From Okamejei kenojei (taxonomy: Eukaryota), in NCBI GenBank assembly GCA_035221665.1, contig JAVHYY010000238.1:1-64000 (forward strand): a DNA stretch of 64,000 bases. Direction: 5' to 3'. The notes beneath the pieces are model-generated. The model was not told where the DNA came from and made no database searches. It was given only the letters and a program-made list of their open reading frames with translations. Below are positions 24,755 to 37,539 of the stretch, piece after piece; position 1 is the stretch's first letter, and each line of letters begins with the position of its first letter. Position numbers and translations under genes: made by a program.

Positions 24755-25385
24755 ATCAATTCAGTGGGACAGGCAGCATCTCTGGACCCACTATGGATCA
24801 ACTCAGTGGGACAGGCAGCGTCTCTGGACCCACTATGCAGCTGCATCAACTCAGTGGGACAGGCAGCGTCTCTGGAGAGAAGGAACGGGTGACGATTCGG
24901 GTCAAGACCCTTTTTCCCCCACTGGTTAGAGATAAGGGAAACGAGAGATATAGACAATGAGGTGGACATAAAGAACAATTAATGAAAGACATGCAAAAAA
25001 GTTACGATCATAAAGGAAACAGGCCATTGTTAGCTGTTTGTTGGGTGAAAACGAGAAGCTGGTGCGACTTGGGTGGGGGAGGGATAGAGAGAGAGGGAAT
25101 GCCGGGGCTACCTGACGTTAGTGAAATCAATATTCATACCACTGGGCTGGAAGCTGCCCAAGCAAAATATGAGATGCTGTTCCTCCAAGTTGCGTTTATC
25201 CTCACTCTGTCAATGGAGACTAGGCCAGAAAGGCCAGTGTGGGAATGGGAGGGGGAATTAAAGTATTTAGCAACCGGGAGATCAGGTAGGTTCAGGCGGA
25301 CTGAGCGAAGGTTTTCAGTGATCAACGATCGCCCCGTCTACGTTTGGTCTCGTCTTAAAACCAGCATCTGCAGTTCCTTCCTACT
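24755..25385 (-). mobile_element. Penelope-like fragment with triplicated pLTR end
   Basis: DLPVAKYFNSPSHSH remnant; ATCAA(C/T)TCAGTGGGACAGGCAGC occurs three times at 24755-24875. Confidence 0.75.
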
Positions 25386-25969
25386 CACGCCGCTGGGACG
25401 GTCCACTGGAACTCGAACAATCCACATCCCAGTCCCACCAGCTGCCACTCTGATCATTCCCAGTGTTTCTTCCCACACTGGAAAGATGTACAGGTTTATA
25501 GGTTAATTGGCCTTGGTAAATTGTAAAATTGTCCCTAGTGTGTAGGATAGTGTTAGTTAACGGGGCGATCGCTGGTCGGCGTGGAATCCGTGGCCTGTTT
25601 CCGCACTGTATCTCTATACTAAAGTGTAAACATAGTCTAGGGTGAGGGTTATTATTGCCACATGTACCAAGGTACAGTGGAAAGCTTTGTATTGCATGCT
25701 ATCCAATTAGATCAGATAATACCATACATAAATACAATCAAGGCATACTCAAGTACAATAGCCAGAACAAAGGGGAAGATACAGAGTGCAGAATATTGTT
25801 CTCATCATTGCACTGCACCAGTTCCATAGACAAAGTCCAAAGTCTGCAATGCGCTCGAGGTAAATCGGACCGTGCTCTAACATATTGAGGGACCGTTCAG
25901 AAGCCTGTTAGAGGGAAAGAAGGTATTCCTGAGTATGGTGGTGTGCGCTTTCAAACTTCTGTATCAATG

Positions 25970-26650
25970 GAGGATAGCACAGGAACAGGCCCTTCGGCCA
26001 CAATGTTCGTGCCGTTCATGATGACAATTGACACTAATCTCTCTACTGGCATGTGATCTATATCCCTCCATTCCACATCTAAAAGCCTCCTAAACACCAC
26101 TATTGTATCTGCCTCCACCACCACCCCTGGCAGTGCATTCCAGGCACTCACCTTCTTCTGTGTAAATAAACTTACTGTTGTTGTCAAGCTGGAAAGGGTA
26201 CAGAGAAGATTTACGACAATGTTGTCAGAGTCTGAGCTATAGGGAGAGGTGACAAGGCTGGAACTCTATTCCTTGAAGCGCAGGAGGATGAGAGATGATC
26301 TTATAGAGGTGTATAAAATCATGAGAGGAATAGATCGGGTAGATGCACAGAATGTCTTGCCCTGAGTAGGTGAATAGAGGATCAGAGGACATAGGTTTAA
26401 AGTGACAGGGAAAAGATTTAATAGGAATCTGAGAGATAACTTTTTCACACAGAGGGTGGTGGGTGTATGGAACGAGCTGCCGGGGGAGGTAGTTGAGGCA
26501 GGGACTATCCCAAAGTTTAAGAAACAGTTAGGCAGGTCCATGGATAGGACAGGTTTGTTGGGATATGGGCCAAACACGCGTAGGTGGGACTAATGTAGCT
26601 GGGACATGTTGGCCGGTGTGCGCAAGTTGGGCTGAATGTAGCACAATGTT
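25970..26650. mobile_element. Two CR1 3' fragments, head to head
   Basis: Minus strand 25970-26180; plus strand 26185-26650 (NFFTQRVVGVWNELP). Confidence 0.8.
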
Positions 26651-27474
26651 GTACAGTCCTGCATTAATGTTAGATCCACTTGGGACTATTGATTTCATCA
26701 GATCATCTCTCCCCTCCTTCAAGAGGGGAAATTACTGTAATTGGATGAATGATGATTTTATTTTGCTGAAAATTACTATGATCAATTTTAGCAAATACAG
26801 TACATTCCATAATAGTTTTTTTCACCAGAAAATCATTTTTGCCTTTGCTAACAATTAAAAAGATATTTTAACAGAAGTATGGCTGGACTTGGTTTATTTC
26901 GTCTTTTTTTTTTAATTCTGTGACAATTCAAAGTTGTTTTAATTAGTTACTAATCCTGTTGTGTTATTAACATTGACTTGATTTCAGGGTGACAAAGTCG
27001 ACTTTTATTAAGTCGGTTATATTATTGAAGCCTTCAATTGGCCGTTGGGTTAAAGGCCCGTCGTCCTCAATATTCATATTATTTCTGAAAAATGTTGCCT
27101 TGTGATCTGAGGGGAAAGTGTGAGGCCATTTAGTTTTGTTTCTCCACATACAGTAGGTATGGAAACAAAGTTAAGAACATTTAAACTTCTGCTTTTTTTT
27201 ATAGATTGTTTCGTATTTGAACACAAGTTCTCGTTACCATCAAGAGCTCAATATTCCTGAGTTCCTCCCCCACTGGCTATTCTTTTCCTTGGATGGTCAC
27301 AGTTTAACTTTAGAGATTGTTTTAAATTACTTCATTTGATAATTCATTAAATTACTTCATTTGATAATTTCACAGCCCACCCACCGGCACCGATACTCTC
27401 CTCCGTCCACCACCGCTGCAGACATCTTACCGTTCTAGCTGTTAAATGGGCCGAATGGTTCTTTCTCTTCACTG

Positions 27475-27736
27475 GAGTACACAAAGGGCTGGAGAAACTC
27501 AGCGGGTGCAGCAGCATCTAAGGAGCGAAGGAGATACGCGACGTTTCGGGTCGAGACCCTTTTTCAGCCCAGTCTGAAGAAGGGTCTTGACCCGAAACGT
27601 CGCCCCAGTCTGAAGAAGGGTCTCGACCCGAAACGTTGCCTATCTCCTTTGCTCCTTAGATGCTGCTGCACCCGCTGAGTTTCTCCAGCCTTTTGTGTAC
27701 CCTCGATTCTCCAGCATCTGCAGTTCCTTCTTTAAC
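27475..27736. mobile_element. Non-coding palindromic Penelope derivative with three hammerhead motifs; 15-bp TSD
   Basis: TSD TCTTTCTCTTCACTG at 27460-27474 and 27737-27751; motifs at 27540-27567 (minus, core mutated), 27574-27601 (+) and 27610-27637 (+). Confidence 0.9.
27574..27637 (+). ncRNA. Tandem pair of minimal hammerhead motifs (36-bp spacing)
   Basis: CTGAAGAAGGGTCTTGACCCGAAACGTC followed by CTGAAGAAGGGTCTCGACCCGAAACGTT. Confidence 0.65.
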
Positions 27737-27857
27737 TCTTTCTCTTCACTGTCTGTTTAGGTGCTTTCATGTATATTCCACATCTATTCTACTGTCTGCT
27801 TCTCAGTAAATAAGAGGCCACAAAGGTCCAGTTACAATTCTCGGACTACACTAACTC

Positions 27858-28152
27858 GTTTAGTTTAGTTTAGAGATCCAGCGTGGATCTGTAAACTACC
27901 GGCCCACCGAGTCCGCACCAACCAGCGATCCCCGCTCACTAACACTATCCGACACACACAGCAGGGACAATTCACACGTATACCAAGTAAATTAACCTAC
28001 AAACCTGTACATCTTCAGAGTGTGGGAGGAAAGTGAATATCTCTGAGAAAACCCACGCGGTCACGGGGAGAACGTACAAACAGCAACCGTAGTCGGGATC
28101 GAACCCGAGTCTCTGGCGCTGCAACCACTGTAAGGCGGCAACTCTACCGCTG
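27858..28152 (-). mobile_element. V-SINE (HE1-like)
   Basis: A and B boxes, V-domain-like TTTGTACGTTCTCCCCGTGACC, (CTAAA)n tail. Confidence 0.8.
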
Positions 28153-29677
28153 GTCTGATTATTCTTTCACACACACTGTTGAACCAACTTGGACCATCAT
28201 GCCCGTTCCACTGCAAGCTGTGAAATTATCAAATGAAGTAATTTAATGAATTATCAAATGAAGTAATTTAAAACAATCTCTAAAGTTAAACTGTGACCAT
28301 CCAAGGAAAAGAATAGCCAGTGGGGGAGGAACTCAGGAATATTGAGCTCTTGATGGTAACGAGAACTTGTGTTCAAATACGAAACAATCTATAAAAAAAA
28401 GCAGAAGTTTAAATGTTCTTAACTTTGTTTCCATACCTACTGTATGTGGAGAAACAAAACTAAATGGCCTCACACTTTCCCCTCAGATCACAAGGCAACA
28501 TTTTTTCAGAAATAATATGAATATTGAGGACAACGGGCCTTAAACCCAACGGCCAATTGAAGGCTTCAATAATATAACCGACTTAATAAAAGTCGACTTT
28601 GTCACCCTGAAATCAAGTCAATGTTAATAACACAACAGGATTAGTAACTAATTAAAACAACTTTGAATTGTCACAGAATTTAAAAAAAAAGACGAAATAA
28701 ACCAAGTCCAGCCATACTTCTGTTAAAATATCTTTTTAATTGTTAGCAAAGGCAAAAATGATTTTCTGGTGAAAAAAACTATTATGGAATGTACTGTATT
28801 TGCTAAAATTGATCATAGTAATTTTCAGCAAAATAAAATCATCATTCATCCAATTACAGTAATTGGTCGCCTCATGGGAGACGCTCTGGGGGATCCGGGA
28901 TCGACTGCGGGAAGCAGATGAAACAGATGCTGCCCAGCTCTGCACGCACAGACTGTGAACAAACTGCCCTCGGCTTCCCGTTCAGTCTGCAGGGAGTCGG
29001 TATTTATTGCACGGACACTTTCTTTTCGGTATTACATGTAATCAATTAATTGATCATTTCCTTTAACCCAATGGGCAATTCAAGGCGCCAGGCATTGGGC
29101 AGAGAGCGAGGAGTCGGAAACACAGCATCACGAGTTTCCTGGCTTGGGGCATGAAACTCAATACTCAGCGCAAAATACAAATGAACCTTTTATATTCATC
29201 CAATATTATTGTTGATATTTTCCCATCTAACCTACCACAGGAATACCTGGGAGAGTCTAGTACTAGAGGTCATAGCCTCAGAATTAAAGGACGTTCTTTT
29301 ATCGCCTATCCATGTCCTCCACAGATGCTGCCAGACCCGCTGCGTTACTCCAGCGCTCTGTGTTTTTATTTGCAATCCAGCATCTGTAGTTCCTTGTGTC
29401 TTCCCTCCATTTCCTGACACTGCTCTCCCCCTCCCTCCCGCCCACATTCACCGGGGTCCCATACACACACACACACACACTCGTCGCCCACCGCAGGAAC
29501 CTCACGGTGGCCGGAGGAGCAAGGGACCACGTTGCAAGCGCATCGGACACAGACTCGGGGAAACAGCTTGCATGAGCCACGTGTATTGATGCAATGCTGC
29601 AGAGTGCGAAATAATATAAAATGAAATAATATAAAGGAAATTATAACACTGTAAATTGGTGACCTTTCTCTGTGTTA

Positions 29678-30044
<367 letters not shown>

Positions 30045-30222
30045 AAACAGTGGTGTCAGGCTTGAGTGATTACCGTCCGGTGGCTCTCACCCTGATAATC
30101 ACAAAATGCTTTGTAAGGCTGGTTCTGGTCCACATAAAAGGCAGCATTAACATCAATGTGGACCCTCATCAGTACCCTACAGGGAGAACCGGTCTACATC
30201 TGATGCAATCTCATCCCTCATT

Positions 30223-30650
30223 AAAAATCGAGCGCGGGGCTTGTTTTTTGCAGAGGCCCACAGGAGCCGTTGGAAGAAGAGGAGGAGGGGGAGGAGCGAC
30301 ACCCGACCGGTAAGGTTAAAAATCGAGCGCGGGGCTTGTTTTTTGCAGAGGCCCACAGGAGCCGTTGGAAGAAGAGGAGGAGGGGGAGGAGCGACCGAGC
30401 GACACCCACAGACCGGTAAGGATAAAAATCGAGCGCGGGGCTTGTTTTTTGCAGAGGCCCACAGGAGCCGTTGGAAGAAGAGGAGGAGGGGGAGGAGCGA
30501 CACCCGACCGGTAAGGTTAAAAATCGAGCGCGGGGCTTGTTTTTTGCAGAGGCCCACAGGAGCCGTTGGAAGAAGAGGAGGAGGGGGAGGAGCGACACCC
30601 GACCGGTAAGGATAAAAATCGAGCGCGGGGCTTGTTTTTTGCAGAGGCTT
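30223..30650 (+). repeat. ~95-bp monomer x ~4.4 in the CR1 5' UTR
   Basis: AAAAATCGAGCGCGGGGCTTGTTTTTTGCAGAGGCCCACAGGAGCCGTTGGAAGAAGAGG...CCGGTAAGG, starting near 30223, 30318, 30424, 30519 and 30614. Confidence 0.95.
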
Positions 30651-30891
30651 ACCCAAATCCATAACGTTCCATTTGGAGAAGTGGGTTTTTTTTTGAGGAA
30701 GCCGTTGATTGGCGGAAGAGGACCCGAGGAAGCAGCTGATTGGGTGCAACCCCGGGTTTACAATTTTACATTTCTGCCTTCTGGGAGTGAGGGATTCTGG
30801 GAGTTAAGGATTCAGTATTTAGTAGTAAAGTTTAAAGGATAAGTTTTTGTGTTTTTTTAATATTTAATACAGTGTAATTTGGGAGTAAGGT

Positions 30892-31839
30892 ATGGCAGTA
30901 GAGATTGGCCCCGTGGTTTGTTCAGCCTGCAACATGTGGGAGATCAGGGAGATGGTCGGTGTCCCTGGTGACTACATTTGCAGGAAGTGTGTCCAGCTGC
31001 AGCTCCTGGCAGACCGCATTGAACGATTGGAACTGCGGCTGGATTCATACTGGAGCATCCACGATGCGGAGAAAGTCGTGGATAGCACGTACAGTGAGTT
31101 GGTCACACCGCAGGCAAAAGGTAAGAGGACAGAAAGGGATCGGGTGGCCAATAGCCAGCAAAGCAGCAGGCAGGGAGTGCAGGAGTCCCCTGCGGTCATC
31201 TCCCTCCTAAACAGGTATACCATTTTGGATACTGTTGAGGGAGATGGCTCATCAGGGGAATGCAGCAGCAGCCAGGTTCATGGCACCATGGGTGGCTCTG
31301 CAGCACATGAGGGGGGAAAAAAGAGGGGAAGGGCAATAGTAATAGGGGATTCAATTGTCAGGGGAATAGATAGGCGTTTCTGCGGCCGCAAACGAGACTC
31401 CAGGATGGTATGTTGCCTCCCTGGTGCAAAGGTCAGGGATGTCACTGAACGGCTGCAGAACATTCTGGAGGGGGAGGGTGAACAGCCAGTTGTCGTGGTG
31501 CATGTTGGCACCAACGATATAGGTAAAAAAAGGGATGAGGTCCTACAAGGTGAATTTAGGGAGCTAGGAGATAAACTTAAAAGTAGGACCTCAAAGGTAG
31601 TAATCTCCGGATTACTACCAGTACCACGGGCCAGTCAGAGTAGAAATAGGAGGATAATGCAAATGAATACGTGGCTTGAAAAGTGGTGCAAGGGGAAGGG
31701 ATTCAAATTTTTAGGGCACTGGGACCAGTTCTGGGGGAGGTGGGACCGGTACAAACAGGACGGTTTGCACCTGGAATGGAATGGAACCAATGTTCTTGGG
31801 GGAGTGTTTGCTAGTGCTGTCGGGGAGGATTTAAACTAA
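30892..31839 (+). CDS. CR1 ORF1p: zinc finger/leucine zipper plus SGNH esterase-like domain
   Basis: Intact 315 aa; CSAC..CRKC, heptad Leu, IGDS, HVGTND, DGLH. Confidence 0.93.
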   Translation: MAVEIGPVVCSACNMWEIREMVGVPGDYICRKCVQLQLLADRIERLELRLDSYWSIHDAEKVVDSTYSELVTPQAKGKRTERDRVANSQQSSRQGVQESPAVISLLNRYTILDTVEGDGSSGECSSSQVHGTMGGSAAHEGGKKRGRAIVIGDSIVRGIDRRFCGRKRDSRMVCCLPGAKVRDVTERLQNILEGEGEQPVVVVHVGTNDIGKKRDEVLQGEFRELGDKLKSRTSKVVISGLLPVPRASQSRNRRIMQMNTWLEKWCKGKGFKFLGHWDQFWGRWDRYKQDGLHLEWNGTNVLGGVFASAVGEDLN

Positions 31840-34815
31840 TGTGGCAGGGGAATGGGTACAAGAGCAGAGAGGCAGGAGGGTGTAAAATGAGGGTAGAAGC
31901 ATTAGGTAGCAAGGTGAAAAGTAAAAGTGGCAGGCAGACAAAACCAGGGCAAAAATCAAAAAGGGCCACTTTTCAGCAAAATTGTATAAGGGGTAAGTGC
32001 GTTGTAAAGACAAGCCTGAAGGCTTTGTGTCTCAATGCAAGGAGTATTCGTAATAAGGTGGACGAGTTGAACGTGCAGATAGATATTAATGATTATGATA
32101 TAGTTGGGATCACGGAGACATGGCTCCAGGGTGAAGTAGGCTGGGAGCTGAACATCCAGGGATATTCAATATTCAGGAGGGATAGAGAGAAAGGAAAAGG
32201 AGGTGGGGTAGCGTTGCTGGTTAGAGAGGAGATTAACGCAATGGAAAGGAAGGACATTAGCTTGGAGGATGTGGAATCGGTATGGGTAGAGCTACAAAAC
32301 ACTAAGGGGCAGAAAACGCTGGTGGGTGTCGTGTACAGGCCACCTAACAGTAGCAGAGAAGTTGGGGATGGTATCATACAGGAAATTAGAAATGCGTGCG
32401 ACAAAGGCAAAACAGTTATAATGGGTGACTTCAATCTACATATAGATTGGGTTAATCAAATTGGCAGGGGTGCTGAGGAAGAGAATTTTTTGGAATGTAT
32501 GCGGGATAGTTATCTAAATCAACATGTAGAGGAACCAACGAGAGAGCAGGCTATTTTAGACTGGGTTTTGAGTAATGAGGAAGGGGTAATTAGCCGTCTT
32601 GTTGTACGTGCCCCCTTGGGCAAGAGTGACCATAATATGGTTGAGTTCTTCATTAGGATGGAGAGTGACATTGTTAATTCAGAAACAATGGTTCTGAACT
32701 TAAAGAAAGGTAACTTTGAGGGTATGAGACGTGAATTGGCCAAGATTGACTGGCAATTAATTCTAAAAGGGTTGACGGTGGATATACAATGGAAGACATT
32801 TAAAGACTGCATGGATGAACTACAAAAATTGTTCATCCGTTTGGCAAAAGAATAAATCGGGGAAGGTAGTGCATCCGTGGATAACAAGGGAAATCAGGGA
32901 TAGTATCAAAGCAAAGGATGATGCGTACAAAGTACCCAGAAAAAGCAGCATACCAGAGGACTGGGAGAAATTCAGAGACCAGCAGAGGAGGACAAAGGGC
33001 TTAATTAGGAAAGGAAAAATAGATTATGAAAGAAAACTGGCAGGGAACATAAAAACTGACTGCAAAAGTTTTTATAGATATGTGAAGAGAAAGAGGTGAG
33101 TTAAAACAAATGTAGGTCCCTTGCAGTCAGAAACAGGTGAGTTGATCATGGGGAACAAGGATATGGCGGACCAATTGAATAACTACTTTGGTTCCGTCTT
33201 CACTAAGGAAGACATAAATAATCTGCCTGAAATAGCAGGGGACTGTGGGTCAAAGGAGGAATTGAGTGAAATCCAAGTCAGTCGGGAAGTGGTGTTGGGT
33301 AAATTGAATAGATTAAAGGCCGATAAATCCCCAGGGCCAGATAGGCTGCATCCCAGAGTACTTAAGGAAGTAGCTCAGGAAATAGTGGATGCATTAGTGA
33401 TAATCTTTCAAAACTCTTTAGATTCTGGAGTAGTTCCTGAGGATTGGCGGGTAGCAAATGTAACCCCTCTTTTTAAGAAGGGAGGGAGAGAGAAAACGGG
33501 GAATTATAGACCAGTTAGTCTAACATCGGTAGTGGGGAAACTGCTAGAGTCAGTTATTAAAGATGGGATAGCAGCACATTTGGAAAGTGGTGGAATCATT
33601 GGACAAAGTCAGCATGGATTTACGAAAGGTAAATCATGTCTGACGAATCTTGTGGAATTTTTCGAGGATGTAACTAGTAGCGTGGATAAGGGAGAACCAG
33701 TGGATGTGGTATATCTGGACTTCCAGAAGGCTTTCGACAAGGTCCCACATAAGAGATTAGTATACAAACTTAAAGCATACGGTATTAGGGGTTCAGTATT
33801 GATGTGGATAGAGAACTGGCTGGCAAACAGGAAGCAAAGAGTAGGAGTAAACGGGTCCTTTTCACAATGGCAGGCAGTAACTAGTGGGGTACCGCAGGGC
33901 TCAGTGCTGGGACCCCAGCTATTTACAATATATATTAATGATCTGGATGAGGGAATTGAAGGCAATATCTCCAAGTTTGCAGATGACACCAAGCTGGGGG
34001 GCAGTGTTAGCTGTGAGGAGGATGCTAGGAGACTGCAAGGTGACTTGGATAGGCTGGGTGAGTGGGCAAATGTTTGGCAGATGCAGTATAATGTGGATAA
34101 ATGTGAGGTTATCCACTTTGGTGGCAAAAACAGGAAAGCAGACTATTATTTAAATGGTGGCCGATTAGGAAAAGGGGAGATGCAGCGAGACCTGGGTGTC
34201 ATGGTACACCAGTCATTGAAAGTAGGCATGCAGGTGCAGCAGGCAGTGAAAAAAGCGAATGGTATGTTAGCTTTCATAGCAAAAGGATTTGAGTACAGGA
34301 GCAGGGAGGTTCTACTTCAGTTGTACAGGGTCTTGGTGAGACCACACCTGGAGTATTGCGTACAGTTTTGGTCTCCAAATCTGAGGAAGGACATTATTGC
34401 CATAGAGGGAGTGCAGAGAAGGTTCACCAGACTGATTCCTGGGATGTCAGGACTGTCTTATGAAGAAAGACTGGATAGACTCGGTTTATACTCTCTGGAA
34501 TTTAGGAGATTGAGAGGGGATCTTATAGAAACTTACAAAATTCTTAAGGGGTTGGACAGGCTAGATGCAGGAAGATTGTTCCCGATGTTGGGGAAGTCCA
34601 GGACAAGGGGTCACAGCTTAAGGATAAGGGGGAAATCCTTTAGGACCGAGATGAGAAAGACTTTTTTCACACAGAGAGTGGTGAGTCTCTGGAACTCTCT
34701 GCCACAGAGGGTAGTTGAGGCCAGTTCATTGGCTATATTTAAGAGTGAGTTGGATGTGGCCCTTGTGGCTAAGGGGATCAGGGGGTATGGAGAGAAGGCA
34801 GGTACGGGATACTGA
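31839..34815 (+). pseudogene. CR1 ORF2 (APE endonuclease + reverse transcriptase) with two lesions
   Basis: NARS, ITETW, GGGV, YRPP, GDFN, SDH; YRPVSLTS, DFQKAFD, GVPQGSVLGP, KFADD. Frameshift near 32838 and TGA at 33097-33099. Confidence 0.93.
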
Positions 34816-37539
34816 GTTGGATGATCAGCCATGATCATATTGAATGGCGGTGCAGGCTCGAAGGGCTGAATGGCCTACTCCTGCACCTAATTTCTATGTT
34901 TCTATGTTTCTATTCACTCAGCCCTCACTCATCTGGACTACAGGAGTACATATGTCACATTGCTCTTCTTGAACTTTAGTTCTGCCTTCAATACCATCAT
35001 TCCGCAGACTTTAGTCAACAAAATGCTGCTGCTTGGACTTAAACCATCCATGTGCAACTGGGTACTGGACTTCCTGACCAACAGGCCACAGTCTGTTACA
35101 ATCTACGGTGTCTCATCCCCCCCCCCCCCCCCCCCCCATTACCCTCAAAACCAGCTCCCCACAGGGATGTGTCCTGAGCCCCCTGCTCTACACTCTTCTC
35201 ACTTATGGCTGTTCAGCCAAACACCCGAACAGTCATATTGTGAAGATGACACGGCCGTGGTGGGATTAATCTCCCACAATGACGAGTCTGGCAACAGACA
35301 GGAGGTGGGAGAACTTAAAGTCTGGTGTAAAGTAAACAACCTCTACATCAACGTGGGGAAGACAAAGGAGGTGATTATGGACTTCAGAAAAGGCGGCTAC
35401 ACCCCCCCCCCCCCCCCCTCCCCTCCTCTACATCGGAGGAGAAACTGTGGAGATGGTGTCCAGTTTTAAATATCTGGGGGTGCACATTTCTGACGACCTC
35501 ACCTGGACCTGCAACACGGCTAGCATCATTAAAAAAGCCCACCAACACCTTTACTTCTTGAGGAAGCTGAAGCGTGCTGGCCTCAGCACCCTAGTCCTGA
35601 CATCATTTTACAGGTGTGTGGTGGAGTGCGTCCTCACATCGTGTATCACAGCGTGGTACAGAAACTGCTCTGCTGCTGACAGGAAGGTGTTGCAGAGGGT
35701 GGTCAAATCTGCCCCAAAAATTCACAAATAACTGCCTCCCTGCCATTGAGGACATTTACATCAGCAGGTGCAAGAGCAGAGCCTCAAACATCATGAAGGA
35801 CCCCACCCGCCCGGCTAATGGACTCTTTGCCCACCTCCCCTCAGGGAGAAGGCTGCGCAGCATAAAGGCCAGGACAACAAGGCTAAAAGCCAGCTTCTTC
35901 CCCGAGGCCGTGACTGAACCCTCACTACCTCAGTGAACTGTCTGCCGCTACTGCTGCTGCTATGGACATTATCATGCTGCTGTCTTTCAACCATGCTGCT
36001 TTTTACTTTTTACTATTTATTCATAGGCTCATTATTATTTAGATTTATTGTGGAAGGTTTTTATATGTTAGAATTTATTGTCTTTACTGTACTTTATTGA
36101 TGTCTTACTGCACAATTACGCTGCTCGGACCAGAGTACAAATTTCGTTCATGATTCATGTGGAAGCATGTTTTTATCGAATGACAATAAATAAATGAACT
36201 GAACTGAACTGAATTTGCGATAATACGAGTCTGAAGAAGGGGCTCAAACTGAAACGCCTCCCATTCCTCGCTCCAAAGATGCTGCCTGTCCCACTGAGTT
36301 ACTCCTGCATTTTGTGTTCATCTTTGGCATAAAGCATCTGCAGCATCAACATTTCCTTCTTACACAATGCACTATTTGCAAATCACAAAACTCCTGACAT
36401 ACTTGCCAAACATATTTAATCTTCAGCAAAAGACACATGTGAGAGAACTTACTGACAGTCCATCTGATCCCTTGGAGCAGGGGCGGAAATCCTGGGGGGT
36501 ACAGGGGGGACTCGTGCTTTGAGAGGTGGGGGACAATCCCCCCCATGTTTTGTCATCCAGACTTCATCAGCTGCTTTCTAGTGGCTGAATTGGCCCATTC
36601 GCGTGGCCTTTCAGCGTCCGTCGCTGCTTAAAATCAAACTGCTGCATCGAGGCGATCAAGGCTCCCGGTGATCAAGCCTCCGCCGGCCGATGAAAGACCC
36701 CGTGAACGGGCTGATTCGCACTAATGCATCTCGCTCTCTCCTCCAGCCCAGCGCGCCGCTTGACCCGGGGGTGATTCGGTGCAGCGTGGAGTTGGCGCCC
36801 AATGAGCAGAGGGAACCAGGACCGGGTCACCGCCAGGTATGTGGTTCTCTATCTGGAAGGCGGAGCTGGCAGGTACACAGAGAGAGAGGCCACTCAGCCC
36901 GCGTGTTGCTGCTGCCTCACAGCGCCAGGGACACGGGTTTAGATCCTGACTCCGGGTGCTGTCTGTACGGAGTCTTTTTTTCCCCATTAGCAAGATATTG
37001 ATCTCACTCTTGCTGCTGAACAGACTGAGCACCAGCACCGAGTGCTCGCTCCGCCACCTCTCTCGCTTAAGTTTATTTTGACAGTAGGTCTCCACAGCGC
37101 CCACGGCTGAAGCCTCCGAAGCCTCGCGTGTGTGTGAGTGAGAGTGTGAGTGAGCGTGTGAGTGCGTGTGAGTGTGTGTGAGTGTGAATGTGAGTGTGCG
37201 TGTGTGAGTGAGAGTGCGCGCGGCCGCCAAGAAAATGTGTCCCCCCGCGGCCCCCATGCTTTGATAGCGATTTCCGTGCCTGGCAGATCTTACAGCCAAG
37301 ACCCATGAGCATTACTGAAGGGGGCTGCAAATCTGGTCAGTTGAGAAGGAATCAGCTGCCAGGAAGATTGGGGGAAGGGGATTGGACAGGAATCTACAAT
37401 GGGGCTTCCGTTGTAAGTCTTAGCTGATCAGTGGCGCAGGAACAAGAATGATTGGGGTTAGATCTTGGGGATCAAGAGGCCAGTACAGGGCCTACCTTAG
37501 GTTCCAACCAGTGTTGCATTGTGAATGTGGAAAGAAATT

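Larger units (their letters stand above)
26730..28864. mobile_element. Foldback-type non-autonomous DNA element with ~650-bp terminal inverted repeats
   Basis: 26730-27376 is the near-identical reverse complement of 28217-28864; ends AATTACTGTAATTGG...CCAATTACAGTAATT. Confidence 0.88.
30223..34912 (+). mobile_element. Full-length CR1 LINE (~4.7 kb)
   Basis: 5' tandem monomers, ORF1, ORF2 (APE endonuclease + RT), 3' UTR and (TTTCTATG)n tail. Confidence 0.97.
30045..36213 (+). mobile_element. Rex1/Babar LINE split by a full-length CR1
   Basis: DYRPVALT..KCF.RLVL..DPHQ..NRSTSDAI (30045-30222) continues as [21 protein letters not shown] (from 34913); (GAACT)n tail at 36196-36213. Confidence 0.88.

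Noticed and set aside
30177-30842. Repetitive ORFs on both strands
   Set aside because: Products of the CR1 5' UTR monomers.
36780-36870. Terminal SUN exon (minus-strand SAFQIE..)
   Set aside because: Only AFQI matches; SNWG and YRFRVHG motifs are absent.
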